Origin: Lingula anatina
Lineage: Eukaryota; Animalia; Brachiopoda
Reading direction: 5' to 3'
DNA: 64,000 nt
Assembly: GCA_051362555.1 (NCBI GenBank)
Contig: CM120641.1
Span: forward strand, 30,882,401-30,946,400
The notes under the pieces are model-generated. The model ran no database searches, was not told where the DNA came from, and saw nothing but the letters and a program-made list of their open reading frames with translations. Positions 49,777 through 61,889 of this stretch are shown piece after piece. The position numbers and the translations under genes were made by a program. Position 1 is the stretch's first letter, and each line of letters opens with the position of its first letter.

Positions 49777-52700
49777 ACTCCCTTTTTTGGCTCACTGCCA
49801 AGGGTCGTCTGATACCCTGAGAACTTTTCAGCGTACCTGCCTTGCTGTTTTCCAGCATACTTGGCTTGCCCGATATGAAAAGTCTTGTTTTTAGCGAGTC
49901 TATACATGTAGTTTCCTTTATAGACCTCTCTTTTGCCTTGAATTTTATTGCCTATTTTGGCTGAGTATTCCAACTCTCTGGCTGTTTGTGAGACATCATC
50001 TCCAAACAGTTCAGTGGTAAATATGGTACAGCAGGATTACACAAATGACTGTACTCCTTACTGATGACAGGCTTAATGCAATTTCTCCTGATCATACACA
50101 TCTGTTGATTACAGTGTCCAAAGAGAGCCAATGCATCTTTGCATAAATCCAATACACTATTAGCTTCTCCTTGAATGTCATACTCTGACTCCGAGCCTGA
50201 CTGAAAACCAGAAAAATCAAGTTCAGCTATCTTACTTGCTGCTTGTGCAATAAGTATGGAGCCTTTCACCAGAGACGTGCCCACTGTCTGCAGCGTTCTG
50301 TCTGTGTGTCTGATTTGCGGTGTGCATAGCTTCCAAATTAGCTTATTGTAACGTACGGTGATAAGTGCTTGGCAATTGTCTGGCCTAGCAATACTCTCAG
50401 TCAACTTTTCAAACTGAGTCTCCTCCAATCCCTCGCGAAACAAATCATTAATATTTGCTGCCAGTGTTTCATCCAATGGAGGGCCCACAACGTCTTCCCC
50501 TTTAAACCGCTTGGCCATATCCGCAAATTTGCTTTGGGGATCTACCTCATTCTCAAGAGGTCGCTTAGCATCAGAACACCGACTATCGTTGTCAAAGTTG
50601 TAGTCAAAGGACGTGCCAGGTAAAACGTCCCTGTTCACAGTTTCTTCAATATCCGTTATCCCAAGGAGTTATAACAGAAGGAGATTACACGCAAGCCTTT
50701 CTATTGTCCGTTGTCTGTTACGGTGGGCAGAGCTAGCTACGGGGGGCCTCCGGTCTCAAGGTTTCGTCTGCGTCGCTCTCCTCAGCTTGGAGATAAATTT
50801 CATATGCGTTATTTCGCGTTAGAATTCGAGATCAGTAATGTCAAAGCGCCGCTGTATGCTGACAATTTTTTTCACAGGTAATTATTTGGACGATGTGCTG
50901 GAAGGGAACGATATCATAGAAAGCGATTATAAGGTGGTGACTGAGGATGGTCACCATGAGCTTTTTTTAGTCGGTGATAGATGGCTTTTTTATGGCACAA
51001 CACGGTGAAAAATCACCAAGGAGAAGTCAAAAGAAAACGTCCCAACTGTGGTTTGTGAAAATGACGTTCAAGTGAACGTCTGTCCTCACTGCCAAAGGAC
51101 ATAATATTAATACATTAACGTTTGGACCCTCCTGCCCTTGGGTCCCATAAACATATACATTGTGACAGTGCCTACGCTTTGTGTCTGGTTTTAAATTTCT
51201 TAAAGTATTTTTTCTCTCACTCGGTATAATTTTAATATTATAATGCATTTAATTAAAATTTTAATCCAAGGTTGAGGCAATGCCACGACACGTCAGTTTA
51301 CTGAATACTCGTTATAAATTTCTTTATCTTGGAAATTTCCCTTTTTTTCAGGATTATTTGACACGTACTAACACTGTTCATATTTGTCGGTAAACAAGTG
51401 CACAGTGCTATACATTAAGAATAATTTTTATTTTTCATAAATATATTTATGTACAAAATATATCAGAAATTTTAGTATTCACTGAGCTCTTTAAAGTGAA
51501 ACAAATAAAGATGAGAATATTGAATTTCAAACTATTATTTACTATATTAACTTAAAATATCTTTTAAGTCAACTCTATACTCAAGCACTCTATACTCATG
51601 AAAGTAGCATCTGTGAGTAAAACCATTTTATTATATCAACAGAAGAACAAAAACAAAAATTTTACACATAAGCAGTAATAAATGAAGTCATAAGAATGAT
51701 TAAGTTGCTACAGTTTTCCAGTTTTATGCAGTCTATGATGGCATTTTTTTCAACCGTGCAAATAGAAATAATTATATTCTTTTTTATCTGACTTGCTGAT
51801 ACCAGTCTGTGCCAGATACTATTCCACTTACAGGCCAGCAAGGTCTGAGAATCTAATGGGCCGAATGAAAAAAAAATCCTAGAAGATAAAGTGGTTAATT
51901 CTTACAAATAGGATGAAAAACATGGGATTTTCAAAAGGTTATTATAGATCAAGACAACACTTAGTAAGAACATTTATAAAATGTAACAGCTGAAAAAATT
52001 AACTGGTAAGTAAGCAGTAAGTGACTGCTTTAAAGAAATTTCACTGAAACAGAAATTTCACTGGCAATCAGGTAGACTGTTATACCATGGCACTCAACAA
52101 TTTATATATAGGTTTTGAATTTTTTTCCACGTAACAGTAACATAAAATTTATGTCCACTTTTGCAATGTATAGAGTCAGTTAGGTGACTGAAAATATTTT
52201 AAAATGTCACAAAGGAGCACTATTAATTTAATGCAATCTCTGTTGGCCAGTCTTATCCAGTTTCTTCTCCAAAAAGGACAACTCAAGTGAGAATTTCTTC
52301 AGGGCCTTTTCTTCTGCCTTGCTAATGCCATGCCACTCAGAAAAGAGAGAAACCTGTAGGTTAGAAAAAAAAAACATAATAATAGCATTATGAACTACTA
52401 GTATCCATGTAGACATTATGGAATTATGCAGTGAAGTTTAATGTGTCTTGTTATGACTTGACTGAAATAATGTTCACCACATAAATGAACAATTTACAAC
52501 TAAATTTATATAGAACATCAAGATTCATGATCACAAGCTAATAACCCCAAGAAATTGAAAGAAATTGTACTTATTACAAGAAATTATTTAAATCCGCCCT
52601 GGTCCCTACTCTTCTGACAGGACAAAAAGGGGATTTCAGAGAGGCTGGTTGCTAAAAGGAAAATGCCCAAGGTTGTTGTATTTTGAAAAAAAAATTAAAA

Positions 52701-54762
52701 AGGGTACTGTTGTTAGTGAATGTTTAATGCATCTTAGGCATTATGACAAAAATAACTTACCCCAGACACACTGACCTCCTTTTTTCATTGACATATTTTA
52801 ATTTTTTCCAGCCTGACCATAATTCATATATTCAATGCAGCCTTCTCCCATATCTACCGTGTATAATAGAAAAAAAACTTGAGTAGTATTAAGATATGCA
52901 TGTCAAATTCATTATCGATTTTGAGAGAATTTCTGTTTCAACACTACAAAATGAAATATTTAATTTCAAGTAATGAATAAACCTTAATAGAGTTCTATTC
53001 TTTTGTAACCACCAAGGCAAAGCTTCTTTCTTAAAATGAACTGAAACATCCAAGCTTGCCACCTAACATGCCAAAGTAGTGAAGTATAATTTAAGTAGAG
53101 AAGCAAGTACCCCTTAATTATAGAGGTGTCTTACACAATAAGGTGTGTCTTACACACCTCGACTCAAAGAGAGATGTGTAGTGAGATAACAGGTAAAGTA
53201 ATTGGTAGAGCCTAGGTGAACTTAAAACCTTAAGACTTTAAAGTAAGAAGCACCAGGATTCATGTGTGTTCTTTTTTCAAAGGTTTAATATGAATTAAAA
53301 CATATATATGTAAAAAGAAGACTAAATAAGTTAAAAATAACTATACCAAAGACACTGTGAAGTCAAACTTCCTGTTAGACCGCCATGATGGAAAATGCTG
53401 GGTGGAGGCAAAATTTTCCAGTCAAAAAAACTGAGCACTTTACTTTAACAACAAAGTTACCACTCCAAAGCCACCCACCATGGTGAGAAGAAAAATGATG
53501 ACCAACTGTCATGATAAGTCTTTTTAGATTTAGACATGAAAAAGGTAAAGGCCAAAATGGTACATTTACCCATAACACTAGAGTAAAAAATTGGTATTCT
53601 GAACAAATCGGGTTATTTTTTTCAAGAAATATTGGAGCAGTATCCATGCAATATATACCACGTCATGACCAAGATGTTCAAGAATCTAAACACACCAATT
53701 TTTTTTATAATCTTGCATTTGAAAAGTACAAAAAGCAGTAAGGCTTTTGGCCGTAACAAGCGTAACACTTTTTGATCGGAACTCATGAAAATTGTCAATT
53801 GTCGTATCCAAGCTAGACCACATGTAAAATCGCAAAAAAAAAACAATACTGCTCAAGCAAGTGTGTTGCACACATAACAATTAGTTAAATTTTATGACTG
53901 TCATATGTGACACAAGTTTCAAAAAGTAGGAGGAAAATGTCTTTTGGAGTAATTTTTTTTTTCGAAATATTAACAAGATGGCGGCTTAAGCATCTGCTTG
54001 TTATTCGGCTACTGAAAGTGCACCTAAGTTTTATTCTTTGCTATTGCCACAAATTACTTAACAATTGCAACTGTATAAAGACCAAACTTTCTTCATCTGA
54101 TACTATATTTATAGGCACTTGTTATGAGTGGGAAATATTTTTCGTGCAATATTTATTCTCCACACACCACCTTGCGAGATCAACGTGTAGCTGGACACTT
54201 ACACAGTGAGACCCTACGACATAAAAGTTGCAATTTATCTTCATATTTCGTGTAGTTATGCATTTAAAAGCACTTACCTGTTTTTTGAAAACCTTGTCCA
54301 ACGTAATATCATATAAATTCTGTATTTCTCTCATTTTTTAGAAACTTGGGACTCCGTTTCTGTTTCTGTCCTCAAAAATCAACAGACGAAGGCACAGATA
54401 CTAACAAACGAGATTTAAACGAGAGTAGCAATTAAGCGTAACAGAGATAGGCATCCATTGTTCTCTGGGTTCTATTCATTCCGACCAATGAGAGACCGTA
54501 ATACGGGCTCCGCCCCCACGCGTGTAATCTCCTTCTGTTATAACTCCTTGGTTATCCTAGAGGATAACACGTCTAATTTGGCATCATTAGACGTCAGTTT
54601 TTCATTCAGACTTTGCAAGTATTCTAGAATCTTAGAATCGTGGTTAGTTGCGGTTTTCGCAGCAACACTAGTGGTCTTTACAACAGCACTAGTTGATTTC
54701 TTATTTCTAGCGACTTGTTTCTCTTTTAAGTCTATGTCTGCTATCTCATTTTTCTCCGACAT
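49755..54762 (-). pseudogene. DIRS gag-like ORF1 split by a P-like insertion
   Basis: MSEKNEIAD..LDVLSSRIT (54762-54551) joins in frame with DIEETVNRDVLPG..RPDNC..L...YN..IW (from 50654 down) once 50662-54550 and one TSD copy are removed. Confidence 0.85.
50662..54550. mobile_element. 3.9-kb P-superfamily-like TIR element, apparently non-autonomous
   Basis: Perfect 31-bp TIR CAAGGAGTTATAACAGAAGGAGATTACACGC. 7-bp TSD GTTATCC at 50655-50661 and 54551-54557. CAAGG termini with a 7-8-bp TSD are typical of P elements. Confidence 0.8.
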
Positions 54763-54939
54763 GTTGGAGAAAAGATGTATTGTAAAAAAAAAAACGACAA
54801 AATACACCGATGTATTGACAAAAAAGTCAAAATACATACACAGAAGAAATTTTCTTCTGAACCACGCGCTTCTCGCCTCGTGCTACTGACGCACATGCGC
54901 ACTGTGCATTCTCATTTCATGACAAACCAATATAGAATT

Positions 54940-55281
54940 AGTCATCACAGAGTATAAACACATTCAGTAACAATACAGAATAGACACAACAGACAGAACA
55001 TAAACAGACACATAGAGATACATAAGATAAACAAACACACAGGGATACAGTGACTACGCAATCATGCACAGTAATAGTAAAGATTATAAACAAATAGTGA
55101 CAAAACTGACATACACAGTGCTCACAATTAATTCAAACATGGACAGTGACAACGCAAACATGCACAGTAATAATAAATAAAATAAGAATGAAAACAAGCA
55201 CAGTCAAAATACAGACATACACAGTGATTAGAAAAAATTTGATGTGTACAGTGACAACAGTAACGTTTACCATAATGAGGA
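54940..55281 (+). repeat. Complex satellite block
   Basis: Continues the unit interrupted at 46410. Confidence 0.9.
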
Positions 55282-56790
55282 AAACAAGGCAGCAAAGCTG
55301 TCAAATGTACAGACAAAAAGCAGGAAATAACTATGCACAAAATAGGCTACTGTCAATTCTGATGCAAAAGTACATTATGTTAAACTGTAAATTCAACATC
55401 AAATTTTAATTATGCTCAACAGGAAATACCAATGAAAGTAAAATGTGTAACAAGCATAAGGCTTCAGGCCCATGAGAGTTCAAGTTCACACTTTGAAAAT
55501 GTATAACTTCCAGAAAAAGAAGCCAATTAGACTGCTTTTCCAACTCAGGCTGCATGCCGATTTTCGAACTTGACCTCCGTTTTAGTAAGATCGATTACTC
55601 CTGAGAGTTTCACGACAACAGGCCTATCGGTTTTCCTTGAAATGTGTTAACAGTGTTGCATATATGTTGAAAAGTGAAAGAAAAAAGCATAACTTCTACA
55701 ATAATGGCCCGATCATCCTGATTTTCGAACTTGACCTGCGTTTTATGAATATTCATCAGCTCTTTAAATATAAAGCCCAAAAGTAAAACTGCCTTCCACT
55801 TATCGTGTTTACAATGAAAGTGCAAGGTGCCGGCAACGGCGATGACGGCGACGACAGACGCAGGTGATGGCAATATGTACAGACACATCTGTACATATTT
55901 ACTGTACTGTTTGAGAACAGTAAGTGACATGGTTTTTCTTAAATGGTCATCATGGGAGCAGTGCCCAAAATAGGTTTTTTTTCAAATTTTGACGCAATAT
56001 TACATAATGACCATCAATTTTTAAGAATAAAATATTAGTATCATGGATATTCAGAAAATGTGACTAGCAAAGGTCTTCAGGCCCATGGAACTTCAAAGCC
56101 ACAACTTGAAAATGCCAAAATGTAAACAAGACAGCACTGTTCTGAAATGGGTTTATTTCCATTTTTAACAATTTTTAACATAAAACAAAATTAACAGTTT
56201 ACTGCCATTTTTATATTATCAACTAAGAAAATTGATGAGATGGGAAAAATATCAACAGAGCAGTGTTAAATGTCCAATTTCTTCCATTCTGAGATTCTGA
56301 ACATAGTGAATGATTGAATCTGACAAACTGCAATGATATGAGTTTATTTCCATTTTTGAAACTTTATTACACAATACACGATAACAAGTTTACCATCATT
56401 TTTACAAAATCAACTAACAATGTTGTAAAGATGCAGGAAATGTCAAACAAACACTTTTACGTATCTTATTAGTTTAATAATGAGACTGTTAACATGCCTA
56501 AGAATTGAATCTGAGGAAATGTGAAAAATATGCTGAAAAGTGAAAAAACAGCATAACTTCTACAATAATGGCCCGATCATGCTGATTTTCGAACTTGACC
56601 TGCGTTTTATGAATATTCATCAGCTCTGTAAATATAAAGCCAAAAAGTAAAACTGCCCTCCACTTATCGTGTTTACAAGGAAAGTGCACGGCGCCGGCAT
56701 CGGCATCGGCATCGCCATCGCCATCGGCGACAGCGACGACAGACGCAGGTGATGGCAATATGTACAGACACATCTGTGTCTGTACATAAA
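55282..56790 (-). mobile_element. Helentron-type non-autonomous element (HINE) no. 1
   Basis: Small hairpin GGCAGC-AAA-GCTGTC (55288-55302). SubTIR ATGTACAGACA (55305-55315) pairs with TGTCTGTACAT (56777-56787). Terminal palindrome at 56760-56787, preceded by a (GGCATC)n-like microsatellite. Inserted in an A-run (TT on the minus strand) with no TSD. Confidence 0.7.
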
Positions 56791-57449
56791 AACACAAGGA
56801 AAAGAGTGAAAACGAAGTTGTACAGAGTCATTATAATATATACAAACACATTAAGTAACAATATACATAGAATAAACACAGCAAACAGAATATAAACAGA
56901 CACATAGACATAAAGTGACAACACCATCATGCAGAGTAATGATTACAAACAAATAGAGTGACAAAACTGACATACACAGTGATCAAAATATATTAACATG
57001 TACAGTGTTAATAGTAGCTAAACCGCATTGAGAATGAACACAAGGAAAAAGAGTGAAAACATAAGAGTAAATAGTCATCACAATATACATAAACACATTC
57101 AATAACAATACAAAATAGACACAGCAAACAGAATATAAACAATCACATAGATATACATAAGATAAGCAAACACACAGGGATACACTGACAATGCAATCAT
57201 GCAGAGTAATAGTAAAGATTACAAACAAATAGTGACAAAACTGACATACACAGTGCTCATAATAAATACAAACACGCGTAGTGACAACAGAAACATGCAC
57301 AGTGATGAAAAAAAAAAAAAAAACAAACACAGTTAAAATACAGAAATACACAGTGTTTAGAAAAACTTTCACATGTACAAAAACCGTAACGTTCAACGCA
57401 ATGAGTATACACACAAGGAAAAAGAGTGTAAACAGACATACATAGTCAT
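56791..57449 (+). repeat. Last complex satellite block
   Basis: Same modules as the other blocks. Confidence 0.9.
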
Positions 57450-57915
57450 CTGGTAGTGGTCTGCCACCCTTTTGCCAACGTCTCACTGACGCTGGGCCGA
57501 CGTCATTATGGATAAACGGCGGTCAGCCACTGTCATGCCGACAATTTGCCAACTTCGCGCCAACGTTGGGCCAACGTCATATGAGCTATTACTGTCGGCG
57601 GTTAGCTGCTGTTATGCCGACCTTTTGCTGGCGTTGCGCCAACGTCGGGCCAACGTAATTATCGAAAACCGGCAGTCAGCCACTATAATGCTGACCTTTT
57701 GCCGACGTCGCGCCAATGTTGGGCCAATGTTGTAATGAGCTTTTACTATCGGCGGTGAGCCGCTGTTATGCCAACGGTGCCACCCTCTTGCCAACTTCGC
57801 GCCAAAGCCGGGCCAACATCGTTAACCATCGTTTTACCACTGTTATGCAAATATTATTATGGACTCTCCATGGTCAGCCAGCTATGACTCAATTGGCGAA
57901 TGTTGGCAACAGGGT
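57450..57915. repeat. GC-rich array of GCCAACGT(T/C)GGGCC palindromic words (CMC/EnSpm-like subterminal repeats)
   Basis: Repeated GCCAACG/CGTTGGC/GCCGACG words with a ~125-bp internal period. No intact terminus visible. Confidence 0.5.
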
Positions 57916-58202
57916 AGCAGCGGCGTTTCTTCGTAATAACCCTCTCACTGAAGTGAAAAAGTCCCGTTGGCCTAAAAGATTATAATAACTAGAGGATCAG
58001 AGAGGCGATACCGCCTCCGAATATTGTACCACCAGCTGGAGCAAGCGCATTCGTATAGACCCCCACATACACAAAATAAGGGGTGCAGCCACCAGTCTTG
58101 TGCTTGACAAGCTGTAAAAATGCAATCAACAAGAATTTTCAAAATATGCAAAATATATATATAACTAAAAATGGTGCAATCAAAGTTAAGTTCATTGTAA
58201 GG

Positions 58203-59772
58203 TAGGTCAAAGGTCAATTTCAAGGTCACAGTAAATTGCCAGTATATGACTTCCTATCCAACTTCAATAGTAACTATGGACCTATCTCTGCCAGTTTTGG
58301 AGATAAAAGGGAAGCAAAATTTGCAAAGTTCAGTTCATGGTGAAAAGTAGGTCAAAGGTCAATTTCAAGGTCACAGTAAGATTGCCAGTATATGACTTCC
58401 TATTCAACTTCAATAGTAACTATGGACCTATCTCTGCCAGTTTTGGAGATAAAAGGGAAGCAAAATTTGCAAAGTTCAGTTCATGGTGAAAAGTAGGTCA
58501 AAGGTCAATTTCAAGGTCACATTTAGATTGCCAGTATATGACTTCCTATTCAACTTCAATAGTAACTATGGACCTATCTCTGCCAGTTTTGGAGATAAAA
58601 GGGAAGCAAAATTTGCAAAGTTCAGTTCATGGTGAAAAGAAGGTCAAAGGTCAATTTCAAGGACACAGTAAAATTGCCAGTATATGACTTCCTATGCAAG
58701 TTCAATAGTAACTATGGACCTATCTCTGCCAGTTTTGGAGATAAAAGGGAAGCAAATTTTGCAAAGTTCAGTTCAAGGTGGAAAGTAGGTCAAAGGTCAA
58801 TTTCAAGGTCACAGTAAAATTGCCAGTATATGACTTCCTATTCAAGTTCAATAGTAACTATGGACCTATCTCTGCCAGTTTTGGAGATAAAAGGGAAGCA
58901 AAATTTGCAAAGTTCAGTTCATGGTGATAACTAGGTCAAAGGTCAATTTCAAGGTCACAGTAAGATTGCCAGTATATGACTTCCTATTCAACTTCAATAG
59001 TAACTCTGGACCTATCTCTGCCAGTTTTGGAGATAAAAGGGAAGCAAAATTTGCAAAGTTCAGTTCATGGTGAAAAGTAGGTCAAAGGTCAATTTCAAGG
59101 TCACATTTAGATTGCCAGTATATGACTTCCTATTCAACTTCAATAGTAACTATGGACCTATCTCTGCCAGTTTTGGAGATAAAAGGGAAGCAAAATTTGC
59201 AAAGTTCAGTTCATGGTGAAAAGAAGGTCAAAGGTCAATTTCAAGGTCACAGTAAAATTGCCAGTATATGACTTCCTATGCAAGTTCAATAGTAACTATG
59301 GACCTATCTCTGCCAGTTTTGGAGATAAAAGGGAAGCAAATTTTGCAAAGTTCAGTTCAAGGTGAAAAGTAGGTCAAAGGTCAATTTCAAGGTCACAGTA
59401 AAATTGCCAGTATATGACTTCCTATTCAAGTTCAATAGTAACTATGGACCTATCTCTGCCAGTTTTGGAGATAAAAGGGAAGCAAAATTTGCAAAGTTCA
59501 GTTCATGGTGATAAGTAGGTCAAAGGTCAATTTCAAGGTCACAGTAAGATTGCCAGTATATGACTTCCTATTCAACTTCAATAGTAACTATGGACCTATC
59601 TCTGCCAGTTTTGGAGATAAAAGGGAAGCAAAATTTGCAAAGTTCAGTTCATGGTGAAAAGTAGGTCAAAGGTCAATGTCAAGGTCACAGTAAGATTGCC
59701 AGTATATGACTTCCTATTCAACTTCAATAGTAACTATGGACCTATCTCTGCCAGTTTTGGAGATATAAGGGA
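58203..59772. repeat. 146-bp tandem array (~10.7 copies) with a 4-unit higher-order repeat
   Basis: Units start (T/A)AGGTCAAAGGTCAATTTCAAGG at 58203, 58348, 58494, 58640, 58786, 58932, 59078, 59224, 59370, 59516 and 59662. Confidence 0.97.
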
Positions 59773-60016
59773 CTAAATGTTATAATTTTGGAGTTACCAT
59801 AATGTGCCATAAATTTCCTACAGAAAAAATTAATTAAAATAAAGAAAAGGTCATTTTGGTCAAAGTTCTTGAAATGGGAGGTTCTCTGAAGTTGCAGAAG
59901 TTTAAATTTGATAAAATAATGTCATTTTTGACCACAAGTTGTCTGCTTTGCCAAGCATTATGTTTTATTTTTCCGGAGTTCAAAATTTATTATCCATTAC
60001 CGTACTGCACATTTTA

Positions 60017-60301
60017 CGGAAGCCGACTGGTGCCATATGTTGAAAAAAAAAATTATCTCGAAATTTCGAGATAGCATTTTTTTTGTTCAAATTTCAAAAT
60101 ACTATCTCGAAATTTCATAAATTTTTTTGCTCAAATATCAAAATGCTATCTCGAAATTTCGAGATAATTTTTTTTTTGTTCAAATTTCAAAATGCTATCT
60201 CGAAATTTCGAGATAAAAATTTTTTTTGTTCAAATTTCAAAATAGTATCTCGAAATTTCGAGATAATTTTTTTTTCTACATATGGCACCAGTCGGCTTCC
60301 G
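60017..60301. mobile_element. 285-bp TA-TSD MITE nested in HINE no. 2
   Basis: TA|CGGAAGCCGACTGGTGCCATATGT ... ACATATGGCACCAGTCGGCTTCCG|TA, with internal ATCTCGAAATTTCGAGAT palindromes. Confidence 0.85.
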
Positions 60302-61889
60302 TACATTTTCCTTTCACCACCAATATGTACTTTCTGATACAGCGTAACTCGAAAACCGTATGGAATACAAAAAAACCGAGACCACCCCCAGTGTTGGGCT
60401 TTACATGCTCTACAAAATGCAAAAAAGAATGGGTCTCTAGCATTAACGGTTCCCGAATTAGAGACAGTTTTCAGTTTCGGTATCTTATGGCCGCTACTCC
60501 TGTGAAAATGCACCGATTGACCCCAAATTCACGGAGATGAAAGATGACCTGAAGGGTAACACTTTCCAATAATATTATTGGTTAAGTCTGTGTGGCGTCT
60601 GAATAACAGGGCAAAAAAATTTTTTTTCGTAAAAAATTTCATTTTTTTGAAAATTTTGACCCATTTGACCTTGAAGTAAAGGTCAAAGGTCAAATCCGAG
60701 GGTATATTTGAAATCTACACATATGACTTTTGGAAAGCCGTCTATAGAAATTTTTCCCGTAACTCCTTCTGTAGGGTAGATAATTAGCATTTAATTTTGC
60801 CATTTTTAGACAAGGGTGCATTGCAATGAGTGCCACACCCAGACCCCAATACCGACAAAGCCCAAATTTTACGTGGAACGAGTTGAGATTATAGGTGACC
60901 TAAATCCATGAGATGGGTACGGGGGCCCTTACCGTCTAGGAGGAGAAGCGGTAACGGTAACATGGCGGCGGAGCCGGCGGAACGGACCGGACGGGACCGA
61001 AACCATGTGTACCGCCAGCGCTAACGCTGGTGGTAAATTTTTTTGTTCAAATTTCAAAATAGTATCTCAAAATTTCGAGATAATTTTTTTTTCTACATAT
61101 GGCACCAGTGGGCTTCCGTACATTTTCCTTTCACCACCAATATGTACTTTTTGATACAGCGTAACTCGAAAACCGTATGGAATACAAAAAAACCGAGACC
61201 ACCTCCAGTGTTGGGCTTTACATGCTCTACAAAATGCAAAAAAGAATGGGTCTCTAGCATTAACGGTTCCCGAATTAGAGACAGTTTTCAGTTTCGGTAT
61301 CTTATGGCCGCTACTCCTGTGAAAATGCACCGATTGACCCCAAATTCACGGAGATGAAAGATGACCTGAAGGGTAACACTTTCCAATAATATTATTGGTT
61401 AAGTCTGTGTGGTGTCTGAATAACAGGGCAAAAAATTTTTTTTTCGTAAAAAATTTCATTTTTTTGAAAATTTTGGCCCATTTGACCTTGAAGTAAAGGT
61501 CAAAGGTCAAATCCGAGGGTATATTTGAAATCTACACATATGACTTTTGGAAAGCCGTCTGTAGAAATTTTTCCCGTAACTCCTTCCGTAGGGTAGATAA
61601 TTAGCATTTAATTTTGCCATTTTTGGACAAGGGTGCATTGCAATGAGTGCCACACCCAGACCCCAATACCGACAAAGCCCAAATTTTACGTGGAACGAGT
61701 TGAGATTATAGGTGACCTAAATCCATGAGATGGGTATGGGGGGCCTTACCGTCTAGGAGGAGAAGCGGTAACGGTAGCCGTCCGGCGGAGCCGGCGGAGC
61801 CGGCGGAGCCGGCGGAGCCGGCGGAGCCGGCGGAACGATCCGGACGAGACCGAAACCATGTGTACCGCCAGCGCTAACGCTGGTGGTAC
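60222..61889. repeat. ~815-bp tandem duplication of the HINE end
   Basis: 60222-61036 and 61037-61889 are near-identical. The duplicated ORF-track entries 60226 and 61043 reflect this. Confidence 0.95.

Larger units (their letters stand above)
46411..54939 (-). mobile_element. DIRS1-type tyrosine-recombinase retrotransposon (~4.6 kb net), structurally complete and coding-dead
   Basis: 35-bp ITR core at 46487-46521 and 54886-54920; right-end extension at 46411-46486. The internal complementary region (46636-46760) joins both termini at AATT. Encodes gag, RT, RNase H, MT and YR. Confidence 0.95.

Noticed and set aside
54458-54889. 143-aa plus-strand ORF
   Set aside because: It is the antisense of DIRS gag running across the P-like TIR and is not an independent gene.
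3003-57449. Dozens of Cys/Val/Ile/Leu-rich (or Thr/Asn/Lys-rich) ORFs that look like membrane proteins
   Set aside because: They are translations of the low-complexity satellite in several overlapping frames, with no consistent frame or splice structure.
60187-61357. Duplicated 104-aa ORFs read as a gene pair
   Set aside because: They begin in MITE palindromic repeats and simply reflect the 815-bp duplication.
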